NCBI GenBank assembly: GCA_964343725.1
Contig: CAYFLF010000001.1
Coordinates: 1-42,449 of the forward strand
From: an uncultured Bordetella sp.
GTDB taxonomy: Bacteria; Pseudomonadota; Gammaproteobacteria; Burkholderiales; Burkholderiaceae_C
Reading direction: 5' to 3'
Length of the DNA: 42,449 nucleotides
Below are positions 31,572 to 40,952 of this stretch, piece by piece. The translations under genes were made by a program, and so were the position numbers. Positions within the stretch are counted from its first letter, which is position 1, and each line of letters starts with the position of its first letter. The notes under the pieces are model-generated. The model saw nothing but the letters and a program-made list of their open reading frames with translations. It was not told the DNA's origin and searched no databases.

Positions 31572-32894
31572 ATGAACAAACCCAACATTATTTTTATAGT
31601 CGCTGATGACCTAGGCTATGCAGACTTGGGTTGTTACGGTGCGCGTGAATCGATTTGGGGCCCTGTTTCTCCCCATATCGATGCGCTGGCATCGGGTGGC
31701 TTACGCATGACGCAAGGTTATGCCAATTCATGCGTCTGCTCACCCACCCGCTTTGCTTTGATGACGATGCGCTACCAATACCGAATTCGTGGCGGAATGG
31801 AAGAACCGATCAATAGTAAAAGCAAAGGCAGTACAACGCTCGGCTTACCGCCTGAAATCCCCACCCTTCCCTCTTTGTTGAAAGAAGCGGGCTATTCAAC
31901 CACCTTGATTGGCAAATGGCACCTAGGCTACCCTCCTGCATTTGGCCCACAACGCTCAGGATACGAAGAGTTTTACGGGATCATGGCGGGTGGCGTCGAT
32001 TACTTCAGCCATTGTTCCGGAAAGGGCGATCACGATTTATTCAAAGATGAGCAAGAGCACCACGAAACGGGTTACCTCACAGATCTTTTGTCGCACAAAG
32101 CAGTTCAATACATTGATTCCAAAGCAGCGCAAGCAAAGTCAGGTAAGCCATTTTTCATGAGCTTGCATTACACAGCGCCCCATTGGCCATGGGAGACGCG
32201 CGACGATGCTGAAGTGTCTGCCAAGCTTGGAAATTTGTACCACCTAGACGGTGGCAACATTCATATTTACCAGCGCATGATTCAACATATGGACGAAGGC
32301 ATTGGTTGGGTGATGCAGTCGCTTCAAAAAAACGGTTTACTCGATAACACCTTGGTTGTTTTCACCAGTGATAACGGTGGCGAAAGATTCTCAGACAACT
32401 GGCCATTGGTCGGTGGAAAGATGGATCTCACGGAAGGAGGAATTCGCGTTCCTTGGGTTGCGCACTGGCCAGCCGTAATACCACCGGGGTCTACTAGCTC
32501 TCAACATTGCATGACCATGGATTGGTCTGCTACCTTGTTAGACATCGGTGGTGCAAAACCACACCCCGATTACCCCATCGATGGGCAATCTATCCGCAAG
32601 GTGTTGTATGACCCTCAAAAAACATTTGAGCGCCCTCTCTTCTGGCGGATGAACCATCGGCAGCAACGTGCCATGCGCTTGGGTGATTGGAAGTATCTGA
32701 AAGTTGATGAGAACGAGTATTTGTTCAATCTCACACAAGATGAGCGCGAACGCGCCAACCTTGCAGTACGCGAACGCGAGCGTTTTGAATCTATGCGTCA
32801 ACAATTTTTGGACTGGGATGCCAGTATCCCCCCTATTCCAGAGGATGCTGTAGTTAGTTTGGTCTACCGAGATTCAGACATGCCGCAACGCTGA
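31572..32894 (+). CDS. Formylglycine-type (Cys) sulfatase-family hydrolase, cytoplasmic
   Basis: KPNIIFIVADDLG, CSPTR (CxPxR), GKWHLG, APHWP, SDNG, GGKMDLTEGGIRVP; no signal peptide seen. Confidence 0.92.
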   Translation: MNKPNIIFIVADDLGYADLGCYGARESIWGPVSPHIDALASGGLRMTQGYANSCVCSPTRFALMTMRYQYRIRGGMEEPINSKSKGSTTLGLPPEIPTLPSLLKEAGYSTTLIGKWHLGYPPAFGPQRSGYEEFYGIMAGGVDYFSHCSGKGDHDLFKDEQEHHETGYLTDLLSHKAVQYIDSKAAQAKSGKPFFMSLHYTAPHWPWETRDDAEVSAKLGNLYHLDGGNIHIYQRMIQHMDEGIGWVMQSLQKNGLLDNTLVVFTSDNGGERFSDNWPLVGGKMDLTEGGIRVPWVAHWPAVIPPGSTSSQHCMTMDWSATLLDIGGAKPHPDYPIDGQSIRKVLYDPQKTFERPLFWRMNHRQQRAMRLGDWKYLKVDENEYLFNLTQDERERANLAVRERERFESMRQQFLDWDASIPPIPEDAVVSLVYRDSDMPQR

Positions 32895-32934
32895 TTGCCT
32901 AATCTCTTTCATTTTCAGAAGGGTAGTATTTCCA

Positions 32935-33918
32935 ATGCGAATTCAAAAAAAATCAATTTCAATCTGGCTACAAAAAACTGCGCTTAGCCTGCTGCTACTA
33001 ACAAGTGGACTTGTCTGCGCTCAGAACAATGCCATCAAGATCATTGTGGGATACCCACCTGGCGCAACCTCTGACATTCTGACCCGCATATTGGCAGACG
33101 GCATGTCTAAGAGATTGAATCAACCTGTGATTGTGGAGAACCGCGCGGGTGCCGGTGGTCAATTAGGCAATCTTGCGGTCAAGGCAGCAACTGCAGATGG
33201 CACGACGCTATTGATGACCCCAGTTGCCACCATGTCTATCTTTCCGCACAGTTATGCAGGGCAACTTAAATACGATCCATTCAAAGACTTTGCACCCGTA
33301 GCGCATCTGACAAATTTTCAAATCGGATTTGGTTTGTCTAACAAAGTTCCTGCTTCCAACCTTAAAGAATATATTGACTGGGTTAAGTCTGCCCCGAGCC
33401 AAAATGCTTTTTTTGGTTCTGCTGCTCCTGGTTCATTGCCACACTTCCTTGGGGTACTTTTTGGCCAAAGCGCAGGCATCAAGTTAGAGCATGTGTCATA
33501 CCGAGGAACTGCGCCCGCCATGCAAGCATTAGCGGCGGGTGAGATACCTGCCTTATCTACCGTTGCAGCGGATATTCAATCCCTTGTCGATGCTAAAAAA
33601 GCTCGCTTAATAGCTGTGGCTGGCGATAAGCGAAGCCCTACTTTTCCAGATGTGCCGACTTTCAAGGAACAAGGCGTTGATTTAGTCGCATCCCCTTGGT
33701 ACGCCCTTTTTGCTCCATCTGGCACGCCATCCGATGTCATCCAAAAGCTATCCAAAGCAGCCACTGCAACTATTCAAGATCCTGTCATCTACAAAAAATT
33801 AATGGATATGGAGTTAGAGCCTACAGGATATGGGCCCGATCGATTGGCGCAAATCATGAAAGCTGACTATGAAAAGTGGGGGCCACCAATTCGTGCATCT
33901 GGTTTTACCCCGCAGTGA
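32935..33918 (+). CDS. Bug/TctC receptor
   Basis: GYPPGATSDILTR, ENRAGAGG, HVSYRG. Confidence 0.92.
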   Translation: MRIQKKSISIWLQKTALSLLLLTSGLVCAQNNAIKIIVGYPPGATSDILTRILADGMSKRLNQPVIVENRAGAGGQLGNLAVKAATADGTTLLMTPVATMSIFPHSYAGQLKYDPFKDFAPVAHLTNFQIGFGLSNKVPASNLKEYIDWVKSAPSQNAFFGSAAPGSLPHFLGVLFGQSAGIKLEHVSYRGTAPAMQALAAGEIPALSTVAADIQSLVDAKKARLIAVAGDKRSPTFPDVPTFKEQGVDLVASPWYALFAPSGTPSDVIQKLSKAATATIQDPVIYKKLMDMELEPTGYGPDRLAQIMKADYEKWGPPIRASGFTPQ

Positions 33919-33964
33919 CCCAAACATGAACCCCAGATAAATACGCACCTAATTAAATAAAGAT

Positions 33965-34951
33965 ATGGCTTATTTCTTTCGTAGTCAAAAACGCTACACC
34001 ACCGTTTTCTTAATCATTTGGTCATGGATGGGTGTCGTCGCTTGGGCTCAAACTTGGCCCACAAAACCGGTCACCTTGGTAGTTGGAACGCCTGCTGGAG
34101 GGGCAATAGATGCGTATGCGCGCAACTTAGCAGATCATCTGTCTCGTCAAACAGGTGGGACTTTTCTGGTTGATAACCGTGCAGGTGCAGGTGGCAATAT
34201 CAGCGCTGAATATGTTCTGAAAGCCCCAGCTGATGGACATACCCTATGGGTTACCACACACGCCATGTTCACCATCAATCCATCTGTCTACCCTAGTTTG
34301 CGATGGAAGCAAAGCGAGTTCAAACCCATTGCCAAAGGTGTTGAGAGTCCTTTGTTGCTATCGATACATCCTTCGTTGCCAGCTCGTAACTTAACCGAGT
34401 TAGCAAATTGGCTCAATGCCAACCCAAGTAAGGCTGCATATGCCTCATTTAGTCCTGGTACACCTTCGCATTTTTTAGGGTTCCAACTCAATGAACGTTT
34501 AAAACTCAATATGGTGCACGTCCCATATAAAGGTTCAGCTCCGCAATTAAATGATCTACTGGCTGGGCAGGTGCTTTTGGGCTTTACCCAAATGCAAGGC
34601 GCAACGCAGCAAATACAAACAGGCAAACTAAACGCATTGGCAATCACCAGCACGGAGCGCTCGAAGCATTTGCCTCAAGTCCCAACGCTAGCTGAGTTAG
34701 GGTATCGAGACTTGAGTCTCCAAGTATGGTTTGGCTTGGTTGCACCCGCAGGAACGCCACAACCCGTTGTGGAAACCATCACGACTGCTGTGATGAAAGT
34801 ACAAAACGATCAGGAATACCGCGCAAAGCTTGAAGCGCAGGGGTTTGATGTGCCCCGTGAATCAGGTGCTACTTTTGCTGCGACTATTGCCAATGACACT
34901 GCACGGTGGGCTAAAGTGGTTCAAGCTACTGGATTCAAAGCCAACGACTAG
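33965..34951 (+). CDS. Bug/TctC receptor
   Basis: GTPAGGAIDAYAR, DNRAGAGG, HVPYKG. Confidence 0.92.
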   Translation: MAYFFRSQKRYTTVFLIIWSWMGVVAWAQTWPTKPVTLVVGTPAGGAIDAYARNLADHLSRQTGGTFLVDNRAGAGGNISAEYVLKAPADGHTLWVTTHAMFTINPSVYPSLRWKQSEFKPIAKGVESPLLLSIHPSLPARNLTELANWLNANPSKAAYASFSPGTPSHFLGFQLNERLKLNMVHVPYKGSAPQLNDLLAGQVLLGFTQMQGATQQIQTGKLNALAITSTERSKHLPQVPTLAELGYRDLSLQVWFGLVAPAGTPQPVVETITTAVMKVQNDQEYRAKLEAQGFDVPRESGATFAATIANDTARWAKVVQATGFKAND

Positions 34952-34995
34952 GCAAAAAATCAAAATTTAAAGCAAACTGACTACGTCAGTTTTCT

Positions 34996-36168
34996 CTATG
35001 AAAGAGCTGATTTAGCTTTTGTGTCTGGAAGCAAGCTAACTGTCAAAAAGGTGATGCACGATATCGCAACCATCACCCAGACCAAAGTTGAAAAGCCTGC
35101 TGATTTAACAATGGGGCCAATCAACCAAACGGCCAAGGAGCTAGCGCCGAGTGAAACCGCTAGGCGAACCCCAGAGACTCGAGAGCGCATCGTATCGTCT
35201 ACAAAACGGACAACTATCGCGTCTGTGAAAGGAATTGCACCAAAAATAGCAGCCATAAAAAGTAGTTGGGCTGTATAAAAAGCCCATCCATCGGAGCTAT
35301 TGGCCAATAGCAAACCTATAAACTGAACCGTGATCACAGATTGATATAAGGTTTTTAATTCAACTTTATCTATTAAGTAGCCTATTAGCAGTTGCGTGAA
35401 AGAGGCCAGCACATACACCCCAGATAGAAAAATACCAATCTGTGCTGGGTCTTGGGAAATTTCAATAAATTTATTTGCAAGCAACTCATAGTTGCTACTG
35501 GTAGAAAAATTGAAAAGCATGCTGCCGCTTGTGGCTGCAATCGTCATGATCATCAATATTTTTGCCATGCCAATGTTTTCTTGTTGCAAGGCAGTAACTT
35601 TTTTCTTTGCAGGCGCCTCAGACTCATGCGGCGCACAAATAGCAAACAAGATCCCAAGCAAGATACTGATGGCCCCAGGAATCAAAAACGCCATTCGCCA
35701 ACCGAAATACTTGATTAGCAGGCCTGTTAATGCAGCAGCGCCTGCCAACCCTAAATTACCAGCTAATCCGTTCACCCCTATCACCCAACCGGGTCGTTTT
35801 GCACCTTGCACAAGCATTGGAATACCCACAGGGTGATAAATTGATGCCGCACAACCTAAAAGGGCTAAGGCCCATGCAAGTTGCATCGGAGAAGTTGTTA
35901 CAGACACCAAGATAGATGCCAATCCGATTCCAACAAAAAACACAATCATCATTTGACGCCTGCCCCATAAGTCTCCTAGTCGACCAGCAGGGATAGAACC
36001 CAATCCAAAAAAGAAAAAAGCAGAGACGCTATAGGGCATCAAATCTTCCCAACGCTCGACACCAAAATCTTTAGCGATGGTAGTGACAGCGGTGGCAAAG
36101 ATAAGTAAAAACATATGGTCAATCGCATGACCAATATTGAGCAGAAGGCTGGTGGACTTGTTATGCAT
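34996..36168 (-). CDS. MFS transporter
   Basis: GRLGDLWGRR motif A, SIYHPVG, about 12 TM segments. Confidence 0.92.
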   Translation of the reverse strand: MHNKSTSLLLNIGHAIDHMFLLIFATAVTTIAKDFGVERWEDLMPYSVSAFFFFGLGSIPAGRLGDLWGRRQMMIVFFVGIGLASILVSVTTSPMQLAWALALLGCAASIYHPVGIPMLVQGAKRPGWVIGVNGLAGNLGLAGAAALTGLLIKYFGWRMAFLIPGAISILLGILFAICAPHESEAPAKKKVTALQQENIGMAKILMIMTIAATSGSMLFNFSTSSNYELLANKFIEISQDPAQIGIFLSGVYVLASFTQLLIGYLIDKVELKTLYQSVITVQFIGLLLANSSDGWAFYTAQLLFMAAIFGAIPFTDAIVVRFVDDTMRSRVSGVRLAVSLGASSLAVWLIGPIVKSAGFSTLVWVMVAISCITFLTVSLLPDTKAKSALS

Positions 36169-36196
36169 GAACGATATAACGTTTTTATTTTTTAGA

Positions 36197-37087
36197 TCAG
36201 TTAGGGCCTTGCTCTAGACTAGAAACTTCATTCGTTAATGTGGTGCGTCGCATGTCACGCACTTCTTTTGGATCAAAGCGACGTGCCCTGTGCATGGTGA
36301 CGCGGTTGTCCCATAAGACTAAATCCCACTGGCGCCATACATGTGCATACACAAACTCTCTTTGTGTAGCGTGCTCATTTAAGTCACGCAAAAATGAACG
36401 AGCTTCTGGCATGGGCCAACCCTCGATACCACCGGCATGGCTAGAAAGGTAAAGAGAGAGTTGACCAGTGGTTGGATGTTTTCTCACAAGTCGCTGACGA
36501 ACAGGCGCCCACTTGATACGCTCTGCATCCGTGAAATCATCAAAACCTAGAATACCGCGCGAATAAATTTGACTGTGCGAGCAAATAAGGTTGTGTACTT
36601 CTTTCTTGGTTGCAGCATCTAGCGCATCGTATGCAGCCCGCATATCTGCAAACTCGGTATTGCCTCCTGTTTCCGGTATCTGGCGTGCTGAAAGAAGCGA
36701 ATATTTTGCTGGGACTTCCTTGAACGAACTATCAGAGTGCCATAAAAGATTTCCCAAGCCAAATAATCGTCGCCGGTCGTCTCGGGGTAGTAACTCACCG
36801 TTTTTATCTAGGTTGGAGATGTCGTTCAATTCCATAGTGAGACGACGATCCTCTGCAGACATGATGTCGCCGGTAGCTTGCTCTAGCTTTCCAAGTTGTC
36901 GACTAAAGGCGATTTGTTGTTCGTCACTTAAATGCTGCTCATGAAATACAAGCACGCCAAATTGATTCACCCCGGCGTGAATACCTTCCACCTCCGAATC
37001 AGTGAGTCCACGGGATAAATCAATGCCCGACACTTCACCAGCAAAATTTGGTCTTGACGGACTAATAGGGTTGATGGTGAGGGAAAT
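36197..37087 (-). CDS. TauD/TfdA-family Fe(II)/2-oxoglutarate dioxygenase (probable ATT start at 37087; first GTG at 37033)
   Basis: LWHSDSSF (HxD), GGNTEFADMRAAY, WDNRVTMHR, DMRRTT; the frame stays open upstream through ISLTINPISPSRPNFAGE. Confidence 0.9.
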   Translation of the reverse strand: MSLTINPISPSRPNFAGEVSGIDLSRGLTDSEVEGIHAGVNQFGVLVFHEQHLSDEQQIAFSRQLGKLEQATGDIMSAEDRRLTMELNDISNLDKNGELLPRDDRRRLFGLGNLLWHSDSSFKEVPAKYSLLSARQIPETGGNTEFADMRAAYDALDAATKKEVHNLICSHSQIYSRGILGFDDFTDAERIKWAPVRQRLVRKHPTTGQLSLYLSSHAGGIEGWPMPEARSFLRDLNEHATQREFVYAHVWRQWDLVLWDNRVTMHRARRFDPKEVRDMRRTTLTNEVSSLEQGPN

Positions 37088-37166
37088 AGAAGCCTCCTGA
37101 GCGAATCAGGATAACCCTAACACATCAGATTCAAATTTTCATCAGGTAATTGCCCACCCTCAGTGG

Positions 37167-37691
37167 CTAGGCAGCACGTAACTGCAGAAAATTGGATAAA
37201 TCAAATACAGAATTGGGCGCCAGGGGTAATGTTGGTTTTTGTAAAGGTTTGAAATGAAAGCTCATCGGAGTGGCATTGAAATCCTCACTCTCGAGAGTAC
37301 TTGAGGGCATGTGCTTGAGAACCTCTGCCAAAGGATAGTTCTCCAAAAAATTGCGCTTGATGGAGACAAGCTGTTGGTGTAAATCCATAGCCGCAGATAA
37401 CTCTGGGCTTAACTCGGTTGGCTTTGAATCTGTTTCTTCGGAGGCGAAACATGCAACAACGTCCCAGACAGTTAGGTTGCCCACCGCTCGTTGTAGCTGG
37501 TATCCACCACCAGGGCCTCGATGGGCTCTGAGCAAATCGCCTTCTTTGAGATCCTTCATCAGGCTCTCTGTATAGGAAATAGAAAGTCCCAACAGCCTGG
37601 CAAGCCTAGAAGTGGTGATGGGTTGATGCCTTTGCGCGGAGGCAACAAGGCCAATAACGTTGAGTCCGTGGATAGCGCGACTATTGAGCAT
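37167..37691 (-). CDS. Rrf2-family transcriptional regulator lacking the Cys triad
   Basis: LSISYTESLMKDL...RGPGGGYQL...LTVWDVV; only one Cys. Confidence 0.85.
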   Translation of the reverse strand: MLNSRAIHGLNVIGLVASAQRHQPITTSRLARLLGLSISYTESLMKDLKEGDLLRAHRGPGGGYQLQRAVGNLTVWDVVACFASEETDSKPTELSPELSAAMDLHQQLVSIKRNFLENYPLAEVLKHMPSSTLESEDFNATPMSFHFKPLQKPTLPLAPNSVFDLSNFLQLRAA

Positions 37692-37802
37692 AGATGATCC
37701 GTGAAAAGTTTTTGAATAGTTAAATATACTATATGAATAACTTTAAACAGGATTTTGTGTAGAATTAAACCAAATAATCTATTCAATTCTTATTCAAATA
37801 CC

Positions 37803-38789
37803 ATGAGCAATAACTATTCAACCAGTGCTGGTCTTCACAAAATTGGTGCGGTATCCAGCCTAAGTGGCGTTCCAACCCCAACCTTGCGTATTTGGGAAGC
37901 TCGTTATGACACCTTCTCTCCCCTCAAATCACAGGGACAGCATCGTCTTTACTCTGACGATGACGTTCTTAAGGCCACGCTTCTCAAACGACTAACGGAA
38001 CAAGGTCATGCCATCAGCAACATCGCAAAGTTATCTTCCCACGCGTTGAATCAACTTCTAATGCAGCAACAGAGCTCAAATCGGCTTCAATCTGGGAAAG
38101 GTCTCGAAGATCATTCCATTTCGATGACGATAGTCGGCTTGGCATTAGCCGGACGCATTGAATCTAAAAAATTCACCCTTAGCTTTCAAAACCAAGAAAT
38201 CAAGGTTACCGACATTTTTAATGATGTAACTGACGCACTAGGCGCTTCGTTTCCGCAACCGACACAAATTTTGCTAGTCAAAGTCAATTCTTTACATGCT
38301 GGTGTGGAGGTTGACATTCATAAACTTGCGCAAAATTGCCAAGCCTTGCAGGTCATTGTTTTATACAACTATGGCCAGCAAAATATCATCGAATCGATGA
38401 AGCAATCTGGAATGCTTGTTCGCAGAGAACCAATATCTGATTCCGATTTGGCAGATTTGATCAACTCGGGTTTATTAGTTGGGGTAGAACAAAAACACAA
38501 CGGACTAGTTATTGGAGCACCCATACCTCCTCGTAGATTCAATGACGCCACACTAGCGAAAATTGCTGGAATATCAACCAACATTCTGTGTGAATGCCCT
38601 CGCCACGTAGCCGAAATCATTGCTCAGTTAGCAAGTTTTGAACAATACACGCATGAGTGCCTCAACAAATCATCTGAGGATGCGCATCTCCACGCCTACT
38701 TGAGTTCAGTTTCAGGATCTGCGCGAGCATTATTTGAAAGCGCCCTGGAAATGGTGGCCAAACACGAGGGGATTGAACTTGCCTCTTAG
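37803..38789 (+). CDS. MerR-family regulator (LitR/CarH-like HTH) with C-terminal CECPRH motif
   Basis: IGAVSSLSGVPTPTLRIWEARY...HRLY...GHAISNIA; precedes the photolyase. Confidence 0.85.
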   Translation: MSNNYSTSAGLHKIGAVSSLSGVPTPTLRIWEARYDTFSPLKSQGQHRLYSDDDVLKATLLKRLTEQGHAISNIAKLSSHALNQLLMQQQSSNRLQSGKGLEDHSISMTIVGLALAGRIESKKFTLSFQNQEIKVTDIFNDVTDALGASFPQPTQILLVKVNSLHAGVEVDIHKLAQNCQALQVIVLYNYGQQNIIESMKQSGMLVRREPISDSDLADLINSGLLVGVEQKHNGLVIGAPIPPRRFNDATLAKIAGISTNILCECPRHVAEIIAQLASFEQYTHECLNKSSEDAHLHAYLSSVSGSARALFESALEMVAKHEGIELAS

Positions 38790-40323
38790 AAACCTTGTAT
38801 TGGTGTTAGGGGATCAACTGGACGAAACATCGTCTGCATTCATTGGTTTTGATCCATTACAAGATGCCATTTGGATGGCTGAGGTAGAGCAAGAATCTAC
38901 CCATGTGATTTCCTCAAAACAAAGAATCACCTTTTTCTTGAGTGCAATGCGCCATTTTGCGCAGTCCTTAAAGGAAAAGAAATGGCCTGTCATCTACACC
39001 AAGCTTGACTCAAAAGAAAACGCTGGGTCATTGGCAGGCGAATTGGAAAAAACCATCCTTGCAACGAATCCTCAACAACTCATTATGGTGATGCCCGGTG
39101 AATTTCGCGTGCGCACCAGCTTGCAAGCGGTCGCAGCAAAGCATCAACTTAATTTAGAGATCAGGTCTGATAATCATTTTTTGTGTGATTTGGCTATGTT
39201 TCAAAATCACATCTCAAACCGCAAGCAAGTTCGACTTGAGTTTTTTTATCGAGAAATGCGTCAGAAAACGGGCATCTTGATGGATGGCAAGAATCCAGTT
39301 GGTAACAAATGGAATTTTGATGTTGAAAATCGCGGTAGTTTTGGTAAACAAGGGCCCCAGGATTTACCCCCTCCAACTAGATTTACCCCAGACGATACGA
39401 CCCGCGAGGTCATCCAACTTGTAGAGCAAAAATTTTCAAAACACCCAGGTTCGATTTCAACCTTTGGCTGGCCGGTGACCCGCAAAGATGCCCTAGTAGC
39501 GCTGAATGAGTTCATAGAACATCGGCTACCCCAATTTGGTCAATACCAAGACGCCATGTGGGAAGGAGAAGTTTGGTTGTATCACTCTCACTTAGCCAGT
39601 GCGCTCAACACTAAGCTCATCCATCCACAAGAGGTAATAGAAAAGGCGCAAGAGGCCTATTTTTCAGGTCATGCCGCAATAGAAGCAGTAGAAGGATTTA
39701 TTCGTCAGATTCTGGGTTGGCGGGAATATGTGAGAGGTATTTATTGGACACACATGCCTGAATATATTGACCGTAACGCCATGCATGCGACGTCAAAACT
39801 TCCAGATTTCTACTGGACAGGACAAACCGAAATGGCCTGCCTGAAAGACGCCATTGAATTAACACTCGAACATGGGTATGCCCACCATATACAAAGATTA
39901 ATGGTCACTGGGCTCTATGCGCTTTTGCTTGGGGTCCATCCTAAAGAAGTACACGCTTGGTACTTAGGGGTCTACGTGGACGCAGTTGAGTGGGTTGAGT
40001 TACCTAACACCATTGGTATGAGTCAATATGCCGATGGCGGACTCATGGCAAGTAAGCCATACATCGCCAGCGGAAAATACATCGACCGTATGAGCAACCA
40101 TTGCAAAGGGTGCAAATTTAACCCAGCAGAATCAACTGGTAAAGATGCATGTCCTTTTACAACCTTGTATTGGGACTACCTGAACAAACATTCCAGCGCA
40201 CTAGCTAAAAATCCTCGTATGCTGATGCAACTCAAAAATTTACATCGACTCTCTGATGAAAAAAAGAATGAAATTTCCATACAAGCAAAAAATCACAAAC
40301 AGGCAATCTATGAAGCAAATTAA
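38779..40323 (+). CDS. FeS-BCP cryptochrome/(6-4) photolyase, PhrB/CryB-like
   Basis: LVLGDQL, LEFFYREMR, KWNFDVENR, FGQYQDAM, RQILGWRE, AHHIQRLM; four Cys (EMACL, NHCKGC, ACPF). TTG start after GAGGGG. Confidence 0.92.
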   Translation: MPLRNLVLVLGDQLDETSSAFIGFDPLQDAIWMAEVEQESTHVISSKQRITFFLSAMRHFAQSLKEKKWPVIYTKLDSKENAGSLAGELEKTILATNPQQLIMVMPGEFRVRTSLQAVAAKHQLNLEIRSDNHFLCDLAMFQNHISNRKQVRLEFFYREMRQKTGILMDGKNPVGNKWNFDVENRGSFGKQGPQDLPPPTRFTPDDTTREVIQLVEQKFSKHPGSISTFGWPVTRKDALVALNEFIEHRLPQFGQYQDAMWEGEVWLYHSHLASALNTKLIHPQEVIEKAQEAYFSGHAAIEAVEGFIRQILGWREYVRGIYWTHMPEYIDRNAMHATSKLPDFYWTGQTEMACLKDAIELTLEHGYAHHIQRLMVTGLYALLLGVHPKEVHAWYLGVYVDAVEWVELPNTIGMSQYADGGLMASKPYIASGKYIDRMSNHCKGCKFNPAESTGKDACPFTTLYWDYLNKHSSALAKNPRMLMQLKNLHRLSDEKKNEISIQAKNHKQAIYEAN

Positions 40324-40927
40324 AATTTTCTTTCTGAGTTTATTGATTAGCCTTTCCTATACAGATTACGTCATGGCAATTGAGGAACCCAAGTACGAAA
40401 TTATCCAAACCGATGGGGCATTTGAAATTCGTAAATACACGTCCATGCTTGTTGCTGAGACTTTTACAGATGGAGATATGGACGAAGCGTCCAACAAGGG
40501 TTTTAGACTGATTGCTGATTTCATCTTTGGCAATAACCAAGCGGTTGATTCAAATACAAACTCCAAAATTGCAATGACTGCACCAGTGACTGTGGAATAT
40601 CAGAATCCAGAGTCAAACATGCAAAGCGCAAAAAAATGGCGTATTCATTTTGTAATGCCTAGTCAGTTCACGATCGCCAATATTCCTAAGCCTAAAAGTG
40701 ACGCAATTTCACTCAGAGAGGTTCCAAGCAAGTTCTATCTTGTTCATTCATACTCTGGATTTAATACGATCGCACGCGTTCAATCCAAAACTGACGAAGC
40801 CATGCAGTGGGCCCAAAGGAAGTCATTGAAAGTCATCGGCACACCACAACTATCGCGCTATGACCCACCATGGACTTTGCCTATGTTTAGGCGAAATGAA
40901 ATCATGGTGGAAATCAACTGGCCATGA
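40310..40927 (+). CDS. SOUL heme-binding protein
   Basis: EEPKY, FEIRKY, GFRLIADFIFGNN, KIAMTAPV, FVMPS, RYDPPWT..RRNE; N-terminal signal-like segment. Confidence 0.92.
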   Translation: MKQIKIFFLSLLISLSYTDYVMAIEEPKYEIIQTDGAFEIRKYTSMLVAETFTDGDMDEASNKGFRLIADFIFGNNQAVDSNTNSKIAMTAPVTVEYQNPESNMQSAKKWRIHFVMPSQFTIANIPKPKSDAISLREVPSKFYLVHSYSGFNTIARVQSKTDEAMQWAQRKSLKVIGTPQLSRYDPPWTLPMFRRNEIMVEINWP

Positions 40928-40952
40928 AGGGCTCAAATCATTAGATCCTCAC

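Noticed and set aside
37167..37691. iscR or nsrR
   Set aside because: No three-Cys cluster motif and no isc/suf/hmp genes adjacent.
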